From Nitrospirota bacterium (GTDB lineage Bacteria; Nitrospirota; UBA9217), in NCBI GenBank assembly GCA_035623825.1, contig DASPSR010000020.1, positions 81,978 through 145,977 of the forward strand: a stretch of 64,000 nucleotides of DNA, written 5' to 3'. This document shows positions 16,764 through 25,513 of the stretch, in pieces; position 1 is the first letter of the stretch; each line of letters starts with the position of its first letter. The notes under the pieces were generated by a model. That model worked only from the letters and a program-made list of their open reading frames with translations. It was not told the origin of the DNA and made no database searches. The position numbers and the translations under genes were made by a program.

Positions 16764-19203
16764 TCACTGCATGCTCACGGTGTCCGAACGCAATGCCGTG
16801 TTCGATTACATAGACGGCAGGCGAAAGGTCTTCTGCTGCCACGGGTGCAGCGGGATCTACAGGATCATTCACAGCGAGGGGCTTGACGAGTTCTACGCAA
16901 AAAGACGGGAGTGGACCCCGGGACCAGCGGAAGACAAGGCCGTGGACGTATCTGCCTTCTTGGACGGTCTGAGGCCCGTAGGCCGCGAGATCGAAACGGA
17001 CGTCATCGTCGACGGCATCCGGTGCGCGTCCTGCGTCTGGCTGAATGAGAAGTTACTGCTCCGGACGGAGGGGGTCTCGTACGCCAATGTGAATTATGCC
17101 ACGCATCGGGCGAAGATCCGCTGGAACCCGGAAGAGATAGACATCGGCTCCATTCTCGCGCGCATCAAGTCCATCGGCTATGTCCCTAAACCGTTCCTTC
17201 CCAATGCCTGGGAGGACGAGCAGAAAAAGCAGGCCCGTGACCTGCTCATCCGCTTCGGCACCGCATCCTTTTTCTCCATGCAGCTCATGCTGTTCTCCAT
17301 CGCCCTGTATGCGGGGTATTTCCAGGGAATCGATGAGAGGATCAAACTTTTCTTCCATCTGATCTCTTGTGCGCTCACGACACCGGTTCTGTTCTATTCG
17401 GGCTGGCCGATCATCCGGGGATCCTTGCGGGGTTTGAAGAATCTCACGTTCAACATGGATGTCCTGATCGCGGCGGGTTCCGTTTCCGCGTACGCCTACA
17501 GCATCTACCAGATGGCGGCCGGCGGCGAGGTCTATTTCGATACCGCGGCCATGATCGTCACCCTCATTCTGCTCGGCAGATACATCGAAGTAGGCGCCAA
17601 GGGAAAAGCGTCCGAAACCATCGGCAGGCTTATGCAACTCAGCCCCAAGGAAGCCCGGAAGCTGGAGATATCTCCGGACCAGGTTCGATCAATTGACCGG
17701 CTCCACCGCGCAGCTCGTCTGATGGTACCCGTATCGTCTCTGCGTCCGGGAGACATAATTGAAGTTGTTCCCGGAGAGAAGATTCCTGCGGACGGCGTCG
17801 TGGTTACAGGGTCGTCGGAAGCGGACGAATCCATGCTTACCGGGGAATCGAGGCCTTCGCCGAAGACCGATGGAGCGTTGATATTCGGCGGCACGCTCAA
17901 CCTTTACGGAAGCTTTGTATTCCAGGTCACCAAGACAGGCAAGGACACGGTGCTTGCGCAGATCATCCAGGCCGTCGAGGACGCCCAGGCGCGCCGTGCC
18001 CCGATCCAGGCCGTCGCCGATCGCGTCGTCGGTTCCTTCGTGCCCGCGGTTCTGCTCATCGCCTTGCTGACTTTCCTCGGATGGCTCTATCATGGCACTG
18101 CGGCGTCGCGCGCGGTGATGAATGCGGTCTCGGTCATGGTGATCGCCTGCCCCTGTGCACTCGGACTTGCCACGCCACTTGCTATCCTGATCGGCACGTC
18201 CTATGGAGCATCTAGGGGAATACTCATAAAAGGCGGGGATGTGATCGAGAAGGCGGCATCCGTTGATTTTGCCGTGTTGGACAAAACGGGGACCATAACC
18301 GAGGGGAGGCCCGTGCTGAGCGAAACTTTTGGCGTAGGGATACCAGACAGCGAGGCACTCCGGCTTGCACTGTCCCTCGAACGACGTTCAGAGCATTCCC
18401 TGGGCAAGGCAATCGTCGAAGCGGCGGGGGGGCTTGACCCGTTCGAGGTTGCTGATTTTTCCGTAGTCCCCGGCAAAGGAATCCAGGGGATGATTCTCGG
18501 GAAACCGGCGCTCATCGGCAGCAGAGAGTTCATCGAATCCCATGGCATTTACGGCAACATTGACGCCGCCCTGGACAATGAGAAACGATCGGGTCTGGTC
18601 GAAGCGGAGAAGACAGGGGCCACGATCATCTTTCTGTGCTATGATCTAAGGGTGCGAGGAGCCTTCGTGGTTTCCGACAAAGTCAGGGTTGAGGCGGCGG
18701 AGACCATAGCTATGCTCAAGAATGCCAGGCTCGGCGTGGCCATGGTAACGGGCGACAACCTCAATACAGCTGTGGCCGTGGCAAAAAAAACCGTGATCGA
18801 TTCCGTGAAAGCGCGGGTATCGCCAATGGAAAAGGCTGATGAAATTCGACGCATGAAGAATGAAGGAAAGCACGTTCTTATGGCGGGGGACGGTATCAAC
18901 GACGCTCCAGCGCTCGTACAGGCCACGGTTGGCGTTGCCATGGGGCGTGCGACGGACATCGCTCTCGAGAGCGCGGACATCGTCATCATGCGCTCCGATC
19001 TCAGACTGGTCGCTGACGCCGTAGCGCTCTCCAAAAAGACCTTCAGGGTCATCCGCCAGAACATCTTCTGGGCATTCTTTTATAATATCGTTTTCATCCC
19101 CCTGGCCATACTCGGCATCCTTCACCCGATCATGGCAGCCGGCTCCATGGCTTTCAGTTCGCTCTCGGTGGTCGGAAATTCCCTGCGTGCGAGGATACGC
19201 TGA
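16750..19203 (+). CDS. ccoI: P1B-type copper ATPase CcoI/FixI
   Basis: CDHC..FCCHGC, CASC, TGES, ACPCALGLATP, DKTGT, GDGINDAP. Confidence 0.93.
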   Translation: MPTCDHCMLTVSERNAVFDYIDGRRKVFCCHGCSGIYRIIHSEGLDEFYAKRREWTPGPAEDKAVDVSAFLDGLRPVGREIETDVIVDGIRCASCVWLNEKLLLRTEGVSYANVNYATHRAKIRWNPEEIDIGSILARIKSIGYVPKPFLPNAWEDEQKKQARDLLIRFGTASFFSMQLMLFSIALYAGYFQGIDERIKLFFHLISCALTTPVLFYSGWPIIRGSLRGLKNLTFNMDVLIAAGSVSAYAYSIYQMAAGGEVYFDTAAMIVTLILLGRYIEVGAKGKASETIGRLMQLSPKEARKLEISPDQVRSIDRLHRAARLMVPVSSLRPGDIIEVVPGEKIPADGVVVTGSSEADESMLTGESRPSPKTDGALIFGGTLNLYGSFVFQVTKTGKDTVLAQIIQAVEDAQARRAPIQAVADRVVGSFVPAVLLIALLTFLGWLYHGTAASRAVMNAVSVMVIACPCALGLATPLAILIGTSYGASRGILIKGGDVIEKAASVDFAVLDKTGTITEGRPVLSETFGVGIPDSEALRLALSLERRSEHSLGKAIVEAAGGLDPFEVADFSVVPGKGIQGMILGKPALIGSREFIESHGIYGNIDAALDNEKRSGLVEAEKTGATIIFLCYDLRVRGAFVVSDKVRVEAAETIAMLKNARLGVAMVTGDNLNTAVAVAKKTVIDSVKARVSPMEKADEIRRMKNEGKHVLMAGDGINDAPALVQATVGVAMGRATDIALESADIVIMRSDLRLVADAVALSKKTFRVIRQNIFWAFFYNIVFIPLAILGILHPIMAAGSMAFSSLSVVGNSLRARIR

Positions 19204-19388
19204 TGTGGAGCGTGTTTCTTCTGATATTCCTTACGCTCTGCGCCGGTTTCGCCGGGTGGATGTTCTTTCTCTGGGCGGTCAAGAGCGGGCAGTACGATGA
19301 TATCGAAGGACCGAAGTATCGGATGCTCGAGGATGAGGAAAAAGAAAAAAGAAAAGATGAAGGGAAAAAAGAAGGAAAAGAAGATTGA
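19203..19388 (+). CDS. ccoS: cbb3 oxidase maturation protein CcoS
   Basis: FLWAVKSGQYDDIEGP signature. Confidence 0.92.
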   Translation: MWSVFLLIFLTLCAGFAGWMFFLWAVKSGQYDDIEGPKYRMLEDEEKEKRKDEGKKEGKED

Positions 19389-19414
19389 TCTGCCGCAATT
19401 CGGAAGTGTCTCAA

Positions 19415-19960
19415 TTACACCCAGTACTCCGGATATTTTCTGCTCTTCGAAAGATTGTTCACGAGCAGGGCGATAACCAGCAGCACAGCGGCGCCCGTAC
19501 CTGCGGGAATGAAAGCATAGAGGAAACCGAGGTTGTGAATTTTTGCTCCGCCGATGACAGCGATGAGCGCCGTCGCTCCTCCGGGCGGGTGGAGCGTTTT
19601 GGTGACTAGCATGACGACGATGGCCACGGAAACGGCCATCGCTGCTGCCACCCAGATGGTGTTGCCGAACAGCTGATAGCATGCAACGCCTGCAAGGCCT
19701 GAGAGCACGTGTCCTCCGATGAGGTTTCTCGGCTGGGCCAGCGGGCTTTTGATAGCACTGTACACAAGGACCGCCGAAGCGCCGAACGACCCGATGAGCA
19801 TCGTCATGTCTCGTGGTTCGAAGTACCACGATGAGAGATAACCGCACACACCGATGCCGAGCGCCGATCCAAGCCATGACCAGACCATTTCGATGATGCC
19901 GACGCCGGGCGGGCTCTTTGCACCGCCTTTCATCTTTGATAGATATTCAGCGATGGTCAT
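19415..19960 (-). CDS. HPP family membrane protein
   Basis: GSFGASAVL, SPLAQPRNLIGGH, LHPPGGATAL. Confidence 0.93.
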   Translation of the reverse strand: MTIAEYLSKMKGGAKSPPGVGIIEMVWSWLGSALGIGVCGYLSSWYFEPRDMTMLIGSFGASAVLVYSAIKSPLAQPRNLIGGHVLSGLAGVACYQLFGNTIWVAAAMAVSVAIVVMLVTKTLHPPGGATALIAVIGGAKIHNLGFLYAFIPAGTGAAVLLVIALLVNNLSKSRKYPEYWV

Positions 19961-20015
19961 GATATCCCATCCACAATAAGACGGTCTCCATGGCTTTCTT
20001 CTTCCGTCTTCCTCC

Positions 20016-20603
20016 TCACGGTTTCTTGCCTATCACCTTCAGGATATCAGCCCTCGAAATGATGCCGATGAGTTTGCCTTCGTCATCGACAACGGGAAGA
20101 CGCTTTATTCTCCGATCATCGAGTATCTGCGCCACTTCGACTATATCGTCATCGGCTTTACTGGTAATAGGAGGAAAGCCCATGACATCCCCGACCTTGT
20201 TCCCGCCTTTTTTGGCGGTTACGGGCTCGCCGAGGATATTGCGTAAAATATCCTTAAAGGTATGCTCCTTCTTCATTCCCGCAAGGATAAGGATATCCGC
20301 CTCGCTGACGACGCCTATCACGCGGTTATTATCATCGACCACGGGCATGCCGCTTATCCTGTTCTCCGACAGGAGCCTCGCCGCTTCGTGGAGGTCGGCG
20401 TCCCTTTTAATGGTGACCACCGTCCTCGTCATCACATCCCGGACGGGAACACGCGTTGCCAGACGCTCCTGAGCATGACGGAGTGCGATCTCAAAGATCT
20501 TCTTCAGATCCTCCTCGGTCACGTCCATATAGGTTTTCATTTCCAGGAGTGCCGCTCTGAGATCCTCTTCCGACACCCTGCATTGTTCCGGCTGATTATC
20601 CAT
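20016..20603 (-). CDS. CBS-pair protein with the N-terminal linker typical of HPP-CBS proteins
   Basis: ISGMPVVD and IKRLPVVD..GIISRAD; YMDVTEEDL; start 20603 after GAGG. Confidence 0.88.
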   Translation of the reverse strand: MDNQPEQCRVSEEDLRAALLEMKTYMDVTEEDLKKIFEIALRHAQERLATRVPVRDVMTRTVVTIKRDADLHEAARLLSENRISGMPVVDDNNRVIGVVSEADILILAGMKKEHTFKDILRNILGEPVTAKKGGNKVGDVMGFPPITSKADDDIVEVAQILDDRRIKRLPVVDDEGKLIGIISRADILKVIGKKP

Positions 20604-20626
20604 TCGTCCTCTCATGATATTGTCCG

Positions 20627-20669
20627 ATGATAACAGAACCACCAAAGACCTGGTATGACGAAAATCATA
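20627..20669 (-). promoter_or_regulatory. CRP/FNR-like box TATGA-N6-TCATA (20654-20669) with extended -10 TGtTATCAT; CBS-HPP promoter
   Basis: TATGA-cgaaaa-TCATA; minus-strand -10 at 20632-20627, 21 nt away. Confidence 0.75.
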
Positions 20670-20687
20670 TGGGGATTGCGCTTCTTG

Positions 20688-21584
20688 TTACCTGTTCTTT
20701 TCCTCTGCCTTGGCAACGATCCAGTACACGAAGCCGATAACGAGGACGGCCGCGATGAGATAGTAGATGGCCTCCGGCTTTTCGTGTTTAAGGGTGGCGA
20801 TCATAGTCTCCCGAATCAGAGTCACGAGGGCCACACCCACGAACACGCTGGTATGGAACTTACCCCCCTTGAGGTGCGATATCTCGGTGTTCATGAGCTC
20901 GGTCATGAGCCAGAGCAGCAGCATGGATCCCAGTGCCGAGATGATACCTGACTCCACATCGCCTGTGAGAAGGCGCATAACGTCATGAAGGAAGAGCCAT
21001 ACGACACCGAGTGTAAGGCCGATCAGCGCGATCACGAGCATGAGGTTCGTGGTTTGGGAGAAACGCTCGGAAAAACTGATCAGAGCGCTTTTTACCTTGT
21101 ATACAGGAGCGAATGTCCTGAGCTCTTCCTCGATATAAGAAGTGGTGATCACATCCAGGCTGATGTCAAGGATCTTGCCGACGGAAATTATCTTGTTGGT
21201 TGCCTCCACCTTATCCTCTTCAATCTTTTGCAGGATGCCGATGCAGGCATTCTTTACGATGTTGACCGCCCTGTTCATGAAGTGAGGATCAACGTTCTGT
21301 TTGACATGGGTGGAGCCGATCCGAATGAGTTTTTCATAATATCGGTTGTCGTACTTGCCCGAAAAGAGTTCCAGAAACCATGTTCGTTGGGCGCCGAAGA
21401 CATGCCTTTTCCGCGATTCTTCAGTAAAGAACTGTGCCGCGCCCTTGGTGCCCATGATCCAGAGACTGAGAGTGCTCATGACCTCGTCGACATGCTCTTC
21501 CATGAGCGGTCGCAGGCCAGCCAGGCGTTTTTCGTCATCTTCCGTGAACCGGTAGTCGTGTTTGATTTCCCTGAAAGATCGCAT
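20688..21584 (-). CDS. Protoglobin (globin-coupled-sensor type) domain fused to a PsiE-like 4-TM domain
   Basis: FTEDDEKRL, WFLELFSGKYD.RY....RIGSTHV, KILDISLD; C-terminal hydrophobic helices with VALVTLIRE. Confidence 0.8.
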   Translation of the reverse strand: MRSFREIKHDYRFTEDDEKRLAGLRPLMEEHVDEVMSTLSLWIMGTKGAAQFFTEESRKRHVFGAQRTWFLELFSGKYDNRYYEKLIRIGSTHVKQNVDPHFMNRAVNIVKNACIGILQKIEEDKVEATNKIISVGKILDISLDVITTSYIEEELRTFAPVYKVKSALISFSERFSQTTNLMLVIALIGLTLGVVWLFLHDVMRLLTGDVESGIISALGSMLLLWLMTELMNTEISHLKGGKFHTSVFVGVALVTLIRETMIATLKHEKPEAIYYLIAAVLVIGFVYWIVAKAEEKNR

Positions 21585-21734
21585 AAAAGGCAATATCCTT
21601 ACTCTTTAGTATAGCATACTCACCGCTGCCGGAGTCGTATCCGCCTTCTCTCCTGCAAAAAAACAATATAAACGGGAGTAAACAGTGAACTATTCCTTAA
21701 TTACGCCTGTTCTGTCATCCAATCAAAAGATTTT

Positions 21735-21914
21735 TCATGCTTTGGTAGACACCAGTTTCCACACCAACTTGCCCGAAGCTACTCGGGTATCCAGCTTTTC
21801 CTCCTTCGTCCTCTGCGGCATTTTCACCAGCGAGTCATAGGTGAGGATGAGAAAAATCACGGCTGATATTGCCGTTCCCCAGATGAAAATTGCCTTGCTT
21901 TGAGACAGCGTCAT
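21735..21914 (-). pseudogene. Truncated second norC (N-terminal 52 residues only)
   Basis: GGAGG SD; SKAIFIWGTAISAVIFLILTYDSL...VASGKLVW matches NorC ARNLFIIGSLFFFVVFLALTVDTL...VDDGKMVW, then stops before CXXCH. Confidence 0.8.
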
Positions 21915-21944
21915 GCCATCCTCCTTTCCCGTCACTGCAATTAT

Positions 21945-24353
21945 TTATTCCCATCCATCCTGTACGATCTTATGCGATTTCCTGTATGGATATTTTTCCA
22001 CAAGTTTTTTTATCTGGAGCTTCTGGTCTCCATCGCGCATGGCATGAAGCAAGACGACGGATGCCCAATAGTCGCCGGCGTACTCGGAACCACGGAGCTG
22101 GTCAGGGACTCCTTTTTCATTCACCCGGTGGCAGGCCGCGCAGGTCACGGGCCCTGCGTATTTCCCGTCGGGACTGAACTGGAGCGCCTGCTCATGGCTC
22201 GTGAGGTCGACGGTCCCCTCAGGTCCTTCATATCGCACCGGGTAAAGACCGTGGATGGACTCATGACAGGACTGGCAGGCAATGGTCCCGTGAGCCTTGG
22301 AATAGCGGTAAAGAGAATATTTGTTAGGCTGGTCAATTGGGAAATAGCCACCCCCTTCGCTCTCTACAAAGGGGGCCAGATGACAATCCGCGCAGTGCGG
22401 CTCCCCTGCCGCCAACCACCAGTCCTTTCCTCCCGAAGCACTGTCATACAACACAGGATCGCCTTCTTTTGAGTTCCAAGGGAGAAGTTTGAGCTTCCCT
22501 GAGCTGTCAAATGAAGAGCGCACGAGTATTGCTCCGACATGTTCCTCGTAATACGAACGGAGCGGTTCTCCGTCGGCCCCTACGACCGGGTCGGCGAAAG
22601 TGCTTCTGAACTTCTTTGCGTTTCCCAGCGAGACCGTCGTTATGATATCGTTGACCGACTTGTTTCGAAGCGTTTTGCCTGTCTGAGAGGATGCATCTTT
22701 GAGATCGTCGTAGCGATACAGCTCTTGCGAAAGCAGGTTGTGACAGTTGGAGCAGTACAAACCCCTGGGCTTGGATAGGGTATTGCCGTCTTCGTCTTTC
22801 ATGCTCACCCCCTTCAAATACCACTTGCCCAGGGGATTCAGAAAGAAAGGCGGTTTCGCGTCAGGGTTGGTGTGAGCGTCCCTTCTGAGATAGCACCCTC
22901 CGCCGGCGGACCTTACATCCTGCCCTGAAAAGCGCGGGTTCCCCTCCTCATCCACAATCCGGTATGGATTGGCCGAGGGGTCATTCATTTTCTCCTCCTG
23001 CCAGTGCATGGGATGGCATGCCTGGCAGCTTTGCGTCCTTCCCGCCTTATCAGGCATGGGGATAAATGCCGCATGCGCAGCATGGATCGCTTCGCTAAGC
23101 GCCCTCGCCTTCACGGCTTTATACCCCGTCGCGCCGAGCCTGGGTGTCTTGAGATTTCCCGAGACATTGTCACCGTGACAGTCCGCACAATAGACCGGAC
23201 CGACGGAGCCAAGCCGGTTATATGATACATCTGGGTTGTACTGTTTCAAAAAAGCCGTGCCGAAATATTTATCATGCAGTTCGAGCACATTGATCATCGC
23301 CTGTGACTGCCTTGCCACGAACTCGGTGATATCAGGATAGTTCTTTTTCCAGTAGGCATACTCCTTGTCGAAAAGGGACAAACCCGCCTCCCTCGCCAGT
23401 TTAGCTGCCTTGCCTTGGCCCGAGTGGCAAAGGTAGCAATTCGGCAGATCTACGGGATTTGTGCCGAAAAACTGAATCGGTTTCCCTTCCGCCGTTACGG
23501 GCTTGCCGTCTTTGTCATGCAGCTGGACTACGGAGACCTGGTAGGGTTGAAAGTCTCTTTCCGTGATAGTACGAATAGTGCCCTTCCGACTGCTGTCGTT
23601 GAATGCGGTCAGGGGCAGCCCGAGCGCGTCCCACAAGAACGATGCGGTGAGCGTCAAAGGCACGTTTTTGACTTCCGGCAGCAGAGAATCGGTAAAGACT
23701 TTGTTGCCGCCAGTGCTCCCCGCATAGGAGAGGTAGCCGCCTGCAATGTTCTTCCCCGTGGGGCCGGAATCAACGGGAACTTGAATCTCCAGCCCCACAC
23801 GCAACCTCTTCATTTTGTGCCTGTCCTGCGGGATGGTGCCTTCGAGATCCTGATAGATGAAAAGGTGCGTCCATACGTAATTCGCCATGTCATCTCCCGG
23901 TTCATCCATCCTGCCGCTGTTGACTACATCCTTAGGCACTTGCCAGTATCGCATCTTGTTTCCCTCGCTGTAGCTGTTGTCTTTTATAAAGTATGCGAGC
24001 GATAACCCGTCGTCCGGCGATAGCAGATGAGGGAGCGCGCCGTCGGCACTGGTCCTGACGGCCTGGGCCTGAATGCTGTTGTATGGCGGGATGACGCAAC
24101 AATAGGAGATGTCGAACCCCACACAGTGCATTCCCAGCTCATAATTGATGAATATGGCGTAGGGATCCCTGGGGTCATAGAGGTTCACGGTCTTCCCCGA
24201 TCTGTCCTTAACCGAGACTGGCTTCAGCAGATCTGTTTTGAAGGGCGGGGTGGGATCATAAGGTGGCTGGGGCGCTGCAATAAGAGTGAGCTGGGTAAAA
24301 GCAATGATCATCGCCAGGGATAGGCTGATCCCGATCAGCCGAAGGGCTTTCAT
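21945..24353 (-). CDS. Large exported multiheme cytochrome c (7 CXXCH, N-terminal LGMHC domain)
   Basis: Signal peptide; CYLCH, CADCH, CQACH, CSNCH, CADCH, CQSCH, CAACH; NYELGMHC. Confidence 0.88.
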   Translation of the reverse strand: MKALRLIGISLSLAMIIAFTQLTLIAAPQPPYDPTPPFKTDLLKPVSVKDRSGKTVNLYDPRDPYAIFINYELGMHCVGFDISYCCVIPPYNSIQAQAVRTSADGALPHLLSPDDGLSLAYFIKDNSYSEGNKMRYWQVPKDVVNSGRMDEPGDDMANYVWTHLFIYQDLEGTIPQDRHKMKRLRVGLEIQVPVDSGPTGKNIAGGYLSYAGSTGGNKVFTDSLLPEVKNVPLTLTASFLWDALGLPLTAFNDSSRKGTIRTITERDFQPYQVSVVQLHDKDGKPVTAEGKPIQFFGTNPVDLPNCYLCHSGQGKAAKLAREAGLSLFDKEYAYWKKNYPDITEFVARQSQAMINVLELHDKYFGTAFLKQYNPDVSYNRLGSVGPVYCADCHGDNVSGNLKTPRLGATGYKAVKARALSEAIHAAHAAFIPMPDKAGRTQSCQACHPMHWQEEKMNDPSANPYRIVDEEGNPRFSGQDVRSAGGGCYLRRDAHTNPDAKPPFFLNPLGKWYLKGVSMKDEDGNTLSKPRGLYCSNCHNLLSQELYRYDDLKDASSQTGKTLRNKSVNDIITTVSLGNAKKFRSTFADPVVGADGEPLRSYYEEHVGAILVRSSFDSSGKLKLLPWNSKEGDPVLYDSASGGKDWWLAAGEPHCADCHLAPFVESEGGGYFPIDQPNKYSLYRYSKAHGTIACQSCHESIHGLYPVRYEGPEGTVDLTSHEQALQFSPDGKYAGPVTCAACHRVNEKGVPDQLRGSEYAGDYWASVVLLHAMRDGDQKLQIKKLVEKYPYRKSHKIVQDGWE

Positions 24354-24365
24354 AACGCCACCTCC

Positions 24366-24713
24366 TTATTTGCGCCGTTCAATCATTTCCTTGAGCGCAA
24401 CAGCGTTGTTGTGCTCCGTATCCTTCGCCGAGAAGAGGAGCGTCACTGTCCCGCTGCTCGCTTCCTTTCGGAGCCGTTCGAGGATGTCCTTCCTGTCCGC
24501 GAGCTCTTTTCTGAACTTTTCCCGGAACGCAGGCCATTTGGCCGGATCGTGGGCAAACCATTTCCGAAGCGCATCGCTCGGCGCGATGTCCTTGAGCCAT
24601 TCGTCGATCCTGGCTTCGACCTTTTTGATCCCCCGTGGCCAGAGCCTGTCAACGAGAATCCGCTTGCCGTCGCTCCGTGACGGCGGATCGTATATCCGCT
24701 TGATCATTATCAT
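24366..24713 (-). CDS. DUF488/YeaO family protein
   Basis: IKRIYD....DGKRILVDRLWPRG, WLKDIAPS..LRKWF.HDP, HNNAVAL. Confidence 0.92.
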   Translation of the reverse strand: MIMIKRIYDPPSRSDGKRILVDRLWPRGIKKVEARIDEWLKDIAPSDALRKWFAHDPAKWPAFREKFRKELADRKDILERLRKEASSGTVTLLFSAKDTEHNNAVALKEMIERRK

Positions 24714-24722
24714 GCCCGAAGG

Positions 24723-24893
24723 TCATCTCGTCACTAAGATCTTCTCGAATTGATCTTTTGATGCCGCGCAGACAGGACAGGCCCAGGTATCGGGAATCTT
24801 CTCGAACGGCGTTCCCGGAGCAATGCCTCCGTCCGGATCACCGATCGCGGGATCATAGACCCAGTCGCAGACCGTACATCTCCATTTGTCCAT
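24723..24893 (-). CDS. Rubredoxin
   Basis: [39 protein letters not shown]. Confidence 0.95.
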   Translation of the reverse strand: MDKWRCTVCDWVYDPAIGDPDGGIAPGTPFEKIPDTWACPVCAASKDQFEKILVTR

Positions 24894-25513
24894 CCAGCCA
24901 CCTCCCGAAGGGAATTTTAGCGACAATCATCAGAGTCAGGAAAAACGGCATGAGTAATCACGGAAAAGACAACCGGAAAACCAATAAGGACTTGAATTTT
25001 ATGCTAAATGTGTATACGAAGTTTATTAGACCCTGTTTGCCATTCCGAGCCTTTACGAAAAAAATGCTGTCAAAGAATGACAAAAATATAGCACATTCTT
25101 AGGATGTGTGCTTCATAATCATGTAATACTTTTATTGGAGCCGCTTTGAGCCGGAGCAAGCAGATCGTGACCTCCATTGTCCCGATAAGACAGCCGAGGT
25201 TATTGGGAACAAGATATGTCAGTGCGGTACCCTGCGGGAAAACCTCAAAATGCTAGCAACGAATTGCAGGAAGGAATTAATAACAGGAACGTAATAAATT
25301 ACCGTGCCCCAATCGCCGATGCTGCCGCGAAGACTGCACGGAGTAAAACCGCATGGCTTCATCATTCACTACAATCTTCTTGAAATGACGAATGAATCCT
25401 GTTAAAGTTGACTAAATAACCGAACCATTTACCGCACTATGACATCCCGCTTATAATGTTCTCTTGGTTGTTTAATGACTTATGAGAAATGACAAATCAA
25501 GGAGAATCCCATC

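Noticed and set aside
19332-19385. Purine-rich repeat-like tract
   Set aside because: Simply encodes the Lys/Glu-rich tail of CcoS
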